Positions 20,701 through 30,087 of a stretch of DNA of 64,000 bases are shown here, piece by piece. Each line of letters starts with the position of its first letter. Position 1 is the first letter of the stretch. The translations under genes were made by a program, and so were the position numbers. Source of the stretch: a virus. The stretch lies in the IMG/VR virus record IMGVR_UViG_3300020474_000005, positions 12,000 to 75,999 of that record; one strand, given 5' to 3'. Under the pieces are notes generated by a model. The model worked only from the letters and a program-made list of their open reading frames with translations, had not been told where the DNA came from and did not search any database.

Positions 20701-23461
20701 ACAATACACTGGTAACCAAAGATCATTACAAGGTGCAGAATGGTATGTGAACGCAGTACAAGGTTCAACTACTAAAAATATGTTCCATATGAGAAATGCA
20801 ACTGGTTTAAGAAACTGTACACTACAAGGTTTAACAGGAACACTAGGATCAGCAAACAGTTATGGTACAAAACGTCCATCAGCAGGTGCTTTTGTTTCAC
20901 TAGATCCAGGATACGGTCCACAAGATTACAAAACATGGATTGCTACTCCGGCGGCAGGTACATTATCATACACACCAACTAATGGTACATATGATCCTGC
21001 AACAGGAACAACAGTATTAACAATTGGTGCTCACAACATGGAAGCAGGTGAGTCTGTTAGAATTACAACAGCAAGTTTAAGTTTCCAATGTTCACAGGAC
21101 AACTACAACACAACTCATGCTTATCCAAGAACAACTGACCCAGCGGCAGGTAAAGAATTATTAATCGAAGCAGTCACTGACACAACAATTCAAGTTAATG
21201 TTGGTGCAAGTGGCGGCGGAGACCAATACATTCACAGATGGGTAAGTGCATCAGCAAACTCAGTACAACAAGAAGTTGTATGTAGAGTAGGTGGTAGATC
21301 ACCTTACGTACAAAACGTAACAAACTTTGGTACAGCGGCAATTGGATTAAAAATTGATGGTAACTTACACGAAGGTGGTAACGATTCAATCGTTGCTAAT
21401 GACTTCACACAGGTAATTTCCGATGGTATAGGTGCTTGGGTAACTAACTTAGGTAGAGCAGAACTTGTTTCTGTATTCTCATACTACGGACACATAGGTT
21501 ACCTTGCAGAGAACGGTGGAAAAATTAGAGCAACAAACGGTAACTCATCATATGGTGACTTTGGTTGTGTGTCAGAAGGTGTTGACTCAACAGAAGTTCC
21601 AATTACAGCAACAGTTGACAACAGATCAACAGATGCACTTGCAGATGTATTCACAGACGGAAGTGCGATACAGGCGCTATTCTACAAAAACGCAGGTAGA
21701 GAATATGTTGCTAACCAAGTAACTTTAACTTTCTCAGGTGATGGTTACGGATTGAACACACCAGCGGCAACAGTTAATACAGGTGGTATATACGAAATTA
21801 GAGTAACTGATCCAGCAGGTAACAACTTGGGTGGTGACGGTTACATTACAACAACTAACTCAGCACAAACAGGAACAACAACACAGATCACTTTAGCGGC
21901 GGCAGACAGCAGAGCCTCAAGTGCTTATGTTGGTATGTTCTTATTAATTACAGAAGGTAAAGGTGCAGGTCAATATGGTTACATTGACACTTACAGTTCA
22001 GCAAGTAAAATTGCAACAATTAAAAAACTTTCAGACAACAGTGCAGGTTTTGATGTACTAGGTGGCGTAAGTGTTGAAGCAAGTTTAGATTCTACAACAA
22101 CTTATGAAATTACTCCAAGAGTACAGATAGGTGCACCGGCAGGAGATGGTTCAACTGCAACAAGAAACGCAGTTGGTATAGCAACAGTTGTAACAAATAA
22201 AATTACACAAATTAGAATGATCGATTGTGGTGCTTCTTACACAACTGCACCAACAATAACACTTGTTGATCCTAACAACACAGCGGACGCAACATTACAA
22301 TCTTACATTGGTGATGGTGTGTTAGGTCCACCAACATTTGTTGCAAGAGGTATTGATTACAAAACAGCGGCAGTAACTATAACTGCACAAGGTACACAGG
22401 CAACTGTGACAGGTATCACACAGGCTGGACCTGCAGTGGTAACAACACAGGCGGCTCACAACTTTAGCACAGGTGATAGAGTTAAATTCACTGGTATAGT
22501 TGGAATGATAGAATTGAATACTGCTGTGTTCTATTATGTAAAAACTATAAACGCAACTACATTTTATCTTTTTGCTGATAATGACTTTTTAGTTCCAATA
22601 GATTCAACAAATTACACTGCATACTCAAGTGGTGGTACAGCAGAATTGTTTGGTGGATTTAGAGATTCACATCAATCAGGCAAATACATACAAGTAGAAA
22701 ATTTAAGTGCTTTACCAAGAGCAGGAGCAAACATCGAGTTTGGTCACAGACCAGGCATTTACTACAAACTAGTTGCTATCACTAGTCAACTTGGAACACA
22801 AACACCTTACAGTGCATTGTTACAAGTTTCACCAAACGTGACGGCGCAGTATGCACCTGACCATGGAACAAGTTTATCTATAAGAATTAGATATTCACAA
22901 AACAGATTAACAGGACACGATTTCTTAGATATTGGTACTGGTAACTTCACTTCAACGAATTATCCAGGCTCACCAAATCAGAATCCAATACCGGCTAACG
23001 AAACTGTTGAAGGCGGCGGAGGTAGAGTATTCTTTACTTCAACTGACCAAGACGGTAACTTCAGAGTTGGTGACTTGTTCAACGTAGAACAGGCAACAGG
23101 TATTGCGTCATTGAATGCAGATGCATTCAACATTTCAGGACTACAAGAATTACAGTTGGGAGATCTAGCATTAGGAGGATCTAGTGCTTCAATTAACGAG
23201 TTTTCAACTGATGGAACGATGGCGGCTAACTCAGACGCTATTGTACCAACACAAAGAGCAATACGAACTTATATCGCTTCACAGATCGGTGGTGGTGCTA
23301 GTTCGCTCAATGTTAACTTAATTACTGCTGGATTAGTGGTAATTACGGGTAATACAATAAGTACAAGTAACAACAGTAAAATTACTATTAGCAGTGTTGC
23401 AAACTTCACAAAAGGTGTAACTGGTGTGCCAATAGCGATGAATATGTTGATACATAGTTAA
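17786..23461 (+). CDS. giant fibre/adhesin with CBM5/12-like repeats and beta-helix (1891 aa)
   Basis: Same architecture and C-terminal RLTGHDFLDIGTG...STDQDGNFR block as 12585..17750. Confidence 0.7.
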   Translation: MAEFKLGRIRFVWKGAWYTSTIYSVDDVVRYGGRTYICVVNHTANASFQVDLTAANWALMSDGQEWKGDWSLNTTYKPNDIVKYGGYIYIANTGHTSSSSASDGLEVDSSKWDLFIEGFDYKSSWAINTRYKVNDLVKYGGVVYLCITEHTSAATTADGLETDQAKWEAFSKGFNWLNTWATSTRYKSKDTVSYGGQIYVCITGHTSNASAASGLEADQAKWEYLHKGIEYKGAFAGTTRYKANDVVKGGANLYICTTGYTSTTDINADASNWSLFVPGLEFEDSWSSATKYQPGDTVTYGGYQYVAKTLNENKVPSTQTSDWALFVTGFNLRGDYNNGTAYKTGDVVRVGGFTYINIADSTGNRPPNVVYWNKLNEGMYWKGNWANATYYDKGDIVRGTLNTDTSYICVGSHTSNNQAPSTINQPDYPAGAGVDTSNWQLLSGGPENDVLSAQGDILIYGASGPQRLPIGTSGQALVVNAAGTLPEWGNVGKIDQVYYVSPNGTDKPAPTSGVTLDRAWKTIRYALHEIDKGPRNPQAAYMLTRNKAYIQDETIAWINAQIAGNVPPFTTSFTYGAVKCRRDIGIIIDATIYDLTHGGNIKSRFAALNYFTPAGASYVTGQTSETAASIVQASAIAKLVVANGTHSNLQGSTPKYANAAYTAEEGTTTLIETLMKYSSDAITAGNVTSVPVANNPNITLNVKTGIYNEILPMRVSRNTAVVGDELRSTNIRPAASVVNSSDVQYSLQGIQRMEAIISDVVQNNSVTKTPSGGVVSVTMPGGYIGVTQGTGTAVSSTGGDGTGATFNITTNAFGFVTNLTVAAPGQSYIIGNNITIPASTVIVGTSGNTTLGVAVTFPVTAVTSGNTLTQNTDAPAGNATVGTRAATIADQIEKYIDFKINANGSEPALQGSNIAEFTAAYTDARLRLLANKEFIAKEAAEYVKRQNPGVSFVVADCEDDIKDYVDGIIHDLQYTGNQRSLQGAEWYVNAVQGSTTKNMFHMRNATGLRNCTLQGLTGTLGSANSYGTKRPSAGAFVSLDPGYGPQDYKTWIATPAAGTLSYTPTNGTYDPATGTTVLTIGAHNMEAGESVRITTASLSFQCSQDNYNTTHAYPRTTDPAAGKELLIEAVTDTTIQVNVGASGGGDQYIHRWVSASANSVQQEVVCRVGGRSPYVQNVTNFGTAAIGLKIDGNLHEGGNDSIVANDFTQVISDGIGAWVTNLGRAELVSVFSYYGHIGYLAENGGKIRATNGNSSYGDFGCVSEGVDSTEVPITATVDNRSTDALADVFTDGSAIQALFYKNAGREYVANQVTLTFSGDGYGLNTPAATVNTGGIYEIRVTDPAGNNLGGDGYITTTNSAQTGTTTQITLAAADSRASSAYVGMFLLITEGKGAGQYGYIDTYSSASKIATIKKLSDNSAGFDVLGGVSVEASLDSTTTYEITPRVQIGAPAGDGSTATRNAVGIATVVTNKITQIRMIDCGASYTTAPTITLVDPNNTADATLQSYIGDGVLGPPTFVARGIDYKTAAVTITAQGTQATVTGITQAGPAVVTTQAAHNFSTGDRVKFTGIVGMIELNTAVFYYVKTINATTFYLFADNDFLVPIDSTNYTAYSSGGTAELFGGFRDSHQSGKYIQVENLSALPRAGANIEFGHRPGIYYKLVAITSQLGTQTPYSALLQVSPNVTAQYAPDHGTSLSIRIRYSQNRLTGHDFLDIGTGNFTSTNYPGSPNQNPIPANETVEGGGGRVFFTSTDQDGNFRVGDLFNVEQATGIASLNADAFNISGLQELQLGDLALGGSSASINEFSTDGTMAANSDAIVPTQRAIRTYIASQIGGGASSLNVNLITAGLVVITGNTISTSNNSKITISSVANFTKGVTGVPIAMNMLIHS

Positions 23462-23485
23462 TAATAAAAAGAAGGAGAAAAGGAC

Positions 23486-23806
23486 ATGGCATCAGGAAGA
23501 ATAGGAAAAGCAAATCTTACTGCCGCTACCAATACCACTGTGTATACGACACCTGCTTCAACTTTCACGGTTGCATCAGTATCGTTTTGTAACAGAGGTA
23601 ATCAAGCCATTAGTGTCAGATTAGCGGTGGCGGATAGTGCAACTCCAGATAACGCAGAATTTGTTGAATTTGAAACAGAAATTCTGTCTCATGGGGTGTT
23701 AGAAAGAACAGGTTTGGTACTGAGTGCAACACAGAAATTGGTTGCATACTCTAGTGCGGCTAACGTAAGTGTGGTAGTTACTGGTATAGAAACAAGTACT
23801 GCTTAA
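23486..23806 (+). CDS. small virion connector-like protein (106 aa)
   Basis: Paralog of 1838..2170; AGGAG RBS. Confidence 0.7.
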   Translation: MASGRIGKANLTAATNTTVYTTPASTFTVASVSFCNRGNQAISVRLAVADSATPDNAEFVEFETEILSHGVLERTGLVLSATQKLVAYSSAANVSVVVTGIETSTA

Positions 23807-23853
23807 TTTTGTGTAGAATAACATAAATAGTATAAACGAAGGAAACAAAAAAA

Positions 23854-24186
23854 ATGGGAAGATACATATCAACAACTGGAACTGCTGGAGTATCCACTAA
23901 AATAGTGAGTACAACACACCAAGCGGCGGTAAATGAGAGAATCTTAGCAAACAGTTCTTCAGGAACGTTTACAATAACGTTACCTACGAACACTAGTTTA
24001 TTGACAAATGATACAATTCAAATCATCGACGCAAACTCTAGTTTCGGAACTAACGCGGTAACTGTTGCAAGAAATTCATCTTTAATTCAAGGAGCGGCAG
24101 ACGATTTGACTCTTGACTTAAATGGTGCAATAGTAACTTTAATTTACACAGGTTCGACTTATGGTTGGATCGTAGGTGCTGTATAA
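23854..24186 (+). CDS. stand-alone tail-fibre attachment-type domain (T4 gp34 N-terminal repeat-like)
   Basis: Motif FTITLP...IQIIDA...NAVTVARN...IQG..DDLTLD.NGA.VTLIY....GW. Confidence 0.55.
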   Translation: MGRYISTTGTAGVSTKIVSTTHQAAVNERILANSSSGTFTITLPTNTSLLTNDTIQIIDANSSFGTNAVTVARNSSLIQGAADDLTLDLNGAIVTLIYTGSTYGWIVGAV

Positions 24187-24234
24187 TATTTTTTATTATA
24201 CTACACTTATAAAACTAATTGGGAATCGGAGACT

Positions 24235-25197
24235 ATGGCAAGTTTAAAATCATTACTCGGTACAAAGCAAGATGCATTCGTATCGGTTGCGGAATCTAAC
24301 CTAGAAAAAGGTCAGATTTTTACATACCATAACGGTGCAAACTACTCTAGAATATGGTGCGGATTTTGTTTCCATCCAAGCGTATCTGGAACAGCAGTAG
24401 TAGAGGCGTGGGGAGCAGGTGGCTCTGGCGCTGAGATGTGTTGTTGCGGTTTTGGTCTTCCAGGTAACTCAGGTGCCTATGTTAAGAAAACAGTTGTGAT
24501 GTCAGTCGGCGACTACATTTGTGGTTGTACTGGTATATCTTGCGGAAATTCATCAGATTTATGTTTTAGAGGTTGTTCAGAACCTACCATGTTAAGATTT
24601 TGCATAGGTGGCGCAGAGACTTGCGTGTGTGCAGAAGGTGGTAGAGGTGGAATAACTTATTGTTCAACTAATAACAGTTTTTATTGTTGCTACAGAGCAA
24701 ATGGTTTCTGTGTAACAAAAACAGACAATAACCAATGTGGAATTATTTGTAACCAATGTAACGGTGCATGGGTAGCCTGTGCATACGGTGGTGAAACAAA
24801 TAAACCAGGATTAAATTCTTGTGTATCAGCATTTGGTTGTTATCCATCATGTATTTGTATGTTTAATCACCACATTCCAACTCCAGCGGGACAAGGTTCC
24901 AAAGAGGGAAGGATGATTGTATATACAAATGACAACAGTAACGATTTTGCACAATGGTCAGGTCAAGGTCATCACCAACACAGAGCAAATTTAGGATCAG
25001 GTAGATTTCCAACAGGCGGTATACCTTGGTCATCTTGTTGGGGTTTCAGTGGTGCTTGTGGTTGTTATGAAAACGACGGTTGTGTTCCAGTGCTTCCAGT
25101 AGGAACTGGTGGTAGAGGACCTAACCCTTGTCCAGGTGTTAGAGATCACGCAATCAGAGGTGGCTTTGGAGCAGTAAGGATTAGATTTATTAGTTAA
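24235..25197 (+). CDS. Cys-rich glycine-rich-domain protein 1 (putative adhesin/fibre tip)
   Basis: About 30 Cys in 320 aa; WGAGGSGAEMCCCG, A-x-GG-x-GG and RGGFGAVRIRF. Confidence 0.6.
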   Translation: MASLKSLLGTKQDAFVSVAESNLEKGQIFTYHNGANYSRIWCGFCFHPSVSGTAVVEAWGAGGSGAEMCCCGFGLPGNSGAYVKKTVVMSVGDYICGCTGISCGNSSDLCFRGCSEPTMLRFCIGGAETCVCAEGGRGGITYCSTNNSFYCCYRANGFCVTKTDNNQCGIICNQCNGAWVACAYGGETNKPGLNSCVSAFGCYPSCICMFNHHIPTPAGQGSKEGRMIVYTNDNSNDFAQWSGQGHHQHRANLGSGRFPTGGIPWSSCWGFSGACGCYENDGCVPVLPVGTGGRGPNPCPGVRDHAIRGGFGAVRIRFIS

Positions 25198-25206
25198 GGA
25201 TTTATT

Positions 25207-26220
25207 ATGGCAAGTTTAACAACATTATTACAAACCAAATATGATTTTGCAGTAGGTAACGAGACTAACCTAGAGCAAGGAAGAATTTATCAGTACTATC
25301 CAGGCAGTGCTAGAGGTACAAACTTTAGATGTCACGTATGTTGGGTAGCACCATCGGCTGGTACAGCAACTATTGAGATATGGGGTGCTGGTGGATCAGG
25401 TGCAGAGATGTGCTGTTGTGGATTTGGTATTAACGGAAATCCAGGAGCATACAGTAAAAAAGTTTTAACAATGGCATCAGGCTGTTTCATTTGTGGAATA
25501 GTTGGTCAGTCATGTGGTAACGCAGATGACCTATGTCACAGAGGTACTTCAGAGTCAACACAAATTTGTTGGTTTGCAGGCGGTGCCGACGGTTGTATGT
25601 GTGCCCAAGGTGGTAAGGGTGGTTACTCTTACTGTTCAACAGGTAACTCAGGTTACTGTTGTTTTGTAGCAGGTGCTTTCTGTAACACACAAGGCGGAGA
25701 TTCATACTGCGGAATTATTTGTAACTTTAAAGATTCATCAAGTGAACCAACTTTCTGTGCCCAAGCATATGGCGGAGATAATAACTGCTACGGCGGATTC
25801 AGTTGTTTCTATTTTAGAGGATGTCAACCAAACTGTAACTGTAGACAAGTTCCAGTTCTTAGATTCCCACCAGGACAGATATCTACAAAAGGTGGTGAAG
25901 TACACTACACATTAGATTCTGACAATGGAAGATCACAATGGTCAGGAATGGGTGGTTGGATGAATGCCTCACACGGATTTAACCTTGCAACAAGATCACC
26001 AACACAGGGTGGTCCATACACTGCTTGTTGGACAGGTAACAGAAGTTGCGGTTGTTATCAAGCAAATGGTTGTATACCTTTCATGCCAGCAGGAATTGGT
26101 GGACAAGGTCCAAGACCATGTGATGGTGTAAGAGATCACGCACACAGAGGTGGTCATGGTATGATTAGAATTAAATTTGTAAGTACTACTAGTGATTACG
26201 ATCTAGATAGTGCACCGTAA
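25207..26220 (+). CDS. Cys-rich glycine-rich-domain protein 2
   Basis: About 29 Cys in 337 aa; same motifs. Confidence 0.6.
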   Translation: MASLTTLLQTKYDFAVGNETNLEQGRIYQYYPGSARGTNFRCHVCWVAPSAGTATIEIWGAGGSGAEMCCCGFGINGNPGAYSKKVLTMASGCFICGIVGQSCGNADDLCHRGTSESTQICWFAGGADGCMCAQGGKGGYSYCSTGNSGYCCFVAGAFCNTQGGDSYCGIICNFKDSSSEPTFCAQAYGGDNNCYGGFSCFYFRGCQPNCNCRQVPVLRFPPGQISTKGGEVHYTLDSDNGRSQWSGMGGWMNASHGFNLATRSPTQGGPYTACWTGNRSCGCYQANGCIPFMPAGIGGQGPRPCDGVRDHAHRGGHGMIRIKFVSTTSDYDLDSAP

Positions 26221-26242
26221 GGATAAGGAGTAAATATAGTAT

Positions 26243-27220
26243 ATGGCTAGTTTAAAAGGATTATTAACTAATAGAAACCCAGCAGAGATGGTTGAGGAAA
26301 ACCTAGAGACTGGATATATCTACGTATGGACTCCAGGTACTAACTACACTAACTTTTGTAATGGTGTATGTTGGACGGCTCCAGCGGCTGGTAAGGCTCA
26401 CATAGAAATATGGGGAGCAGGCGGTTCAGGTGCTAGAATGTGTTGTTGTGGTGACGGATTACCAGGCAACGCAGGTGGATATTCTTATAGAGAAATTACT
26501 GTAGAAGCAAACGACACACTAACAGGATGTACAGGTATGCCTTGTCAGGCTCACCCATTATGTCACTCAGGATGTTCTAACCCAACAGGTATTTGTTGGA
26601 TAACAGCATCTAACGGAAATGGCTGTATGTGTGCAAGAGGTGGTTACGGTGGAAAATCAATGTGTACAACAGGAAGTTCTTTATACTGTTGTTACAGAGC
26701 ACAAGGATTCTGCACTGTAAGATGTAACAATGATAACTGTGGACTAGTTTGTAACGTATGTACAGACGGTAGTACAGATTCATGGCAGTCGTGTGCTTAT
26801 GGTGGAACAATTAACTGTTGCGGACAATTCGGTTGTGTATCATTCTTTGGATGTTGCCCACACTGTAAATGTAGATTCCAGCAACACGTTCCGATTCCAG
26901 CAGGACAATTTGCTGTTAACGGTGCGTTGATTACTTTCCAGAAAGAGTCGGATGGAACTCCGATGTCTAACTGGTCAGGTAACCAAATATTCCAATACTA
27001 TGCGGCTTTGAACTCAGCATCTAAAACGCCAAGACAAGGAACTCCAGACTCACACTGTTGGAGATCAGATAGAGCGTGTGGATGTTATGAAATGCAAGGA
27101 TGTAACAACTATCTACCAGTGGGTGGTGGCGGAATTGGCCCTAACCCATGTCCTGATGTAAGAGATCACGGAATCAGAGGTGGATTCGGAGGAGTAAGAA
27201 TCAGATTTGTTGCTTCATAA
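26243..27220 (+). CDS. Cys-rich glycine-rich-domain protein 3
   Basis: About 33 Cys in 325 aa; same motifs. Confidence 0.6.
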   Translation: MASLKGLLTNRNPAEMVEENLETGYIYVWTPGTNYTNFCNGVCWTAPAAGKAHIEIWGAGGSGARMCCCGDGLPGNAGGYSYREITVEANDTLTGCTGMPCQAHPLCHSGCSNPTGICWITASNGNGCMCARGGYGGKSMCTTGSSLYCCYRAQGFCTVRCNNDNCGLVCNVCTDGSTDSWQSCAYGGTINCCGQFGCVSFFGCCPHCKCRFQQHVPIPAGQFAVNGALITFQKESDGTPMSNWSGNQIFQYYAALNSASKTPRQGTPDSHCWRSDRACGCYEMQGCNNYLPVGGGGIGPNPCPDVRDHGIRGGFGGVRIRFVAS

Positions 27221-27262
27221 TAATTGAAGTTAGATAAATAAAACTGTAAGAGGATAAAAACA

Positions 27263-27907
27263 ATGTTTACAAAAGAATTTAGTATAGCAATGCCAAATGA
27301 ACCACTAAAGAACGACTTTAGTGACAACACAACTATCACAGGAACTTACAAAGGTCCAAGATACATTAAAATCGAGTACAACAACGAATCTAAAGTTGTT
27401 GGTAACTGGATTGATGAAGGTGACACAGAGGCAGAATTTGCAGGTAACCCAGTAGCAGAAGGTTATACATCAACAACTTTAGACGCAGATGTTGATACAA
27501 AATGGGTTGCATACATAACAGGTTTTTATTCAACAGGTGACGTTGCTGACTACGAAGAAGACTTAGGCACAACAGATGGTAACGGTGACGCAGAAAAATT
27601 TACTTTTTACTGGCACGATGGTTCAGGTGTACTTGCACAGATTTACAATCAAGGCACAATGAAATTTGAAGACGGTGCTATCACAGAACCTTCAGTAAGA
27701 GTTCACACAGTATCAGAAGCAGATTTCACAGAATCAGTAAACAGCCATATTGCTAACGCAACAACAGAAGCGGCAAGAGATGTTTACTCAGATGATGAAA
27801 AAACGGCTATCAATGCTTACAAATCTACACTAGAAGGTTTAAGCACAAAATACAGTGGTAAAGATCACTGGAAAATTCCTTTCCCACAACAACCAGACTA
27901 CAAATAA
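27263..27907 (+). CDS. putative tail-fibre assembly chaperone-like protein
   Basis: Acidic; C-terminal Y...L..L...HWKIPFPQQP resembles the ends of phage tail assembly chaperones; paralog of 28362..29090. Confidence 0.45.
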   Translation: MFTKEFSIAMPNEPLKNDFSDNTTITGTYKGPRYIKIEYNNESKVVGNWIDEGDTEAEFAGNPVAEGYTSTTLDADVDTKWVAYITGFYSTGDVADYEEDLGTTDGNGDAEKFTFYWHDGSGVLAQIYNQGTMKFEDGAITEPSVRVHTVSEADFTESVNSHIANATTEAARDVYSDDEKTAINAYKSTLEGLSTKYSGKDHWKIPFPQQPDYK

Positions 27908-27916
27908 TAATTTGCC

Positions 27917-28303
27917 ATGGCAACTGTAACAAGAGTAAACGGATCAGGTCTTTCAACAGCAGGAAACGTTTTTTACCCAGGTGCATTTGCATTTAAAATT
28001 TTAGTAAAAATTGCAAACGGTACAGCAGTTGATTTAAGAGCAGAAGATGATGCCCTTGACGAAACAGTAGAAGCAATTTGCAAAGAAATTAATCCTTTAG
28101 TTTATTGTACTACAGACGACAACAGTGGGACAATGACTGTTGTATGTGATAACAGTGCAACAGCGGCGGACTTACAAGCACGTATTAGACTAATTGGTAG
28201 AGCGGAAAACTATCCAACAAGCACAGTTACAGCAGTTGGACCAAATACTATTGATACAAGCGGTACATTAGTAACTCTCGCGGCAACATTAACAGCAACG
28301 TAA
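27917..28303 (+). CDS. hypothetical probable virion protein (128 aa)
   Basis: Ala/Thr-rich with highly expressed codon pattern. Confidence 0.65.
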   Translation: MATVTRVNGSGLSTAGNVFYPGAFAFKILVKIANGTAVDLRAEDDALDETVEAICKEINPLVYCTTDDNSGTMTVVCDNSATAADLQARIRLIGRAENYPTSTVTAVGPNTIDTSGTLVTLAATLTAT

Positions 28304-28361
28304 TCCAAAAAACACCAATCATTTTTAAAAGCAAGGTTTCGTTCACAAAATAAGTACGAGT

Positions 28362-29090
28362 ATGCCTTACAAAAAGATTGAAGTAGATGAAGCAGACAAA
28401 TACTCACAAGATGATTTGAATCATCTCACATTTATCAACAATAAAATCCCATTCGACGTCACACTACCAAATCAACCATACGTAGACGATTTCAGCGAAG
28501 GTGTAACTCACCCTTGTTTTTACACAGGACTGAATTTCATGAGAGTCAATAGACGTATCAAGGATGGATTGATATTGGAAGTTCTAGTAGAAGCAATGAG
28601 CCTGGAAGAAATAGAATCTAGAAAGATTATTCACGACGAGGGTTGCGACAGTTTTATAATTGATGCGAGAGAATATCCATGGGAAGCGGCTTTTATCAGT
28701 GGTAGATACTATCATGAAGATGTTCCAAACTATGTAGAGGAAATAGGCACAACAGATTTCTGGGGCAAACCAGAAGTTTGGGAGTATGTGCATTCACCTG
28801 AAACAGGATTAATGGCACAAATTTATTATGTGGGATCAATGCATTACAACGACGGCAAATATAGCACACCAAAATTTAGAGCACACATAATCGAACGCGA
28901 ATCATTTGATATGAACGTACAGGTACACATCAAAGACTGTGTTAGAGAAGCAAAAAGAGATGTTTACAACACGGAAGAAAGAGATTATATTATTAAGTAT
29001 GGTGAATGGTTAAAAACAGTGCCTCAAACATACAAAAATATCAAGCATTGGAAGATATTATTCCCTCAACTTCCCGAGTTTAAACCCTAA
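28362..29090 (+). CDS. putative chaperone-like protein (paralog of 27263..27907)
   Basis: Shared PNxPxxxDFS, YxEExGTTD, GxxAQIY, EAxRDVY and HWKIxFPQxP. Confidence 0.5.
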   Translation: MPYKKIEVDEADKYSQDDLNHLTFINNKIPFDVTLPNQPYVDDFSEGVTHPCFYTGLNFMRVNRRIKDGLILEVLVEAMSLEEIESRKIIHDEGCDSFIIDAREYPWEAAFISGRYYHEDVPNYVEEIGTTDFWGKPEVWEYVHSPETGLMAQIYYVGSMHYNDGKYSTPKFRAHIIERESFDMNVQVHIKDCVREAKRDVYNTEERDYIIKYGEWLKTVPQTYKNIKHWKILFPQLPEFKP

Positions 29091-29135
29091 TCAGACTTAA
29101 CATACCTTTAGCAGACCAATCATTAAATAAATTAT

Positions 29136-30086
29136 ATGAGCAATTCGAAAAGACCTAAGGCTTTTTTTCTAAATGGCGGAATGGGAAGAATAATATCTGC
29201 GATTCCTGCCTTGGAAAAATATTATGAATCAAAGGAAGATCCTGATTTTATTATTGTGATTGAAGGTATTTGTAATATCCTAAATGGACATCCAACATTG
29301 GATAATAAAACTTATGATATGTATCATAAAAATTTATTCCACACAAAATTAATTAACATGGACATAGTAAGTCCTGAACCTTACAGACTGAATGAATATT
29401 TCAATCAGAAATGTGACATCGCCCAAGCATTTGATATACTGATTAACAAAAAAGGAGTAAGAAAATTGCCTGCTCCAACGTTAATATTAAGTAAAGAAGA
29501 ACTTTTAGAAGGAAGAAAAGCAGTAGATGAAATAAAAGAAAAAGTTAAGAAAGAAAAATTAGTCATCATACAACCTTTTGGACGTGCTATTACACAAATA
29601 GATAATTCTTTCATAGACAAAAGCAATAGAAGTATAGAATTCACAAATTTAAAAAAAATTATTAAAAAATTACAAGAAAAAGATTGGGCAGTATGCGTAA
29701 TGGCTGAGTTCGGAATAGAATTTAAAGACGCAGGATTTAAAGATGAGGTTGCTATTCCTGAAATAGCAGATTTACGTAACTGGGCAGGTTTAATAAAGTA
29801 TGCAGATCACTTTTTAGGATGTGATAGTGTAGGTCAACATCTTGCAAAAGCAATGGAAACTCCAGCAAGTGTTGTTATGGGAGCAACGTATCCGATAAAC
29901 ACTTCATATCCAGACGATAAAAGTTTTAAAATTATTGATATGGGACAATTTGATAGAGAATATGACCCTATAAGAATAAGTTTCGATGAAAGGATCAGTA
30001 GAAAGCATGAAAGAATTATGTCAATGACTCCTGAAATAGAAGATTATGTAGTGTCTGCTGTTAACGGAGATCCAATAGAGGAATAA
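29136..30086 (+). CDS. GT9 (ADP-heptose heptosyltransferase-like) glycosyltransferase A
   Basis: GGMGRIISAIPAL resembles WaaC SSMGDVLHTLPAL; ADHFLGCDSVGQHLAKAMETPASVVMGAT resembles the GT9 DxGxxH motif. Confidence 0.7.
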   Translation: MSNSKRPKAFFLNGGMGRIISAIPALEKYYESKEDPDFIIVIEGICNILNGHPTLDNKTYDMYHKNLFHTKLINMDIVSPEPYRLNEYFNQKCDIAQAFDILINKKGVRKLPAPTLILSKEELLEGRKAVDEIKEKVKKEKLVIIQPFGRAITQIDNSFIDKSNRSIEFTNLKKIIKKLQEKDWAVCVMAEFGIEFKDAGFKDEVAIPEIADLRNWAGLIKYADHFLGCDSVGQHLAKAMETPASVVMGATYPINTSYPDDKSFKIIDMGQFDREYDPIRISFDERISRKHERIMSMTPEIEDYVVSAVNGDPIEE

Positions 30087-30087
30087 C

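Noticed and set aside
24181-24201. GTATAATA/TATTATAC inverted repeat before the Cys-rich genes
   Set aside because: Almost purely A/T and likely by chance at this composition.
24235-27220. Cys-rich genes as RiPP precursors or selenoproteins
   Set aside because: They are too long, have a Gly-rich structural scaffold, lack a nearby radical SAM, LanM or YcaO enzyme, and contain no in-frame TGA.
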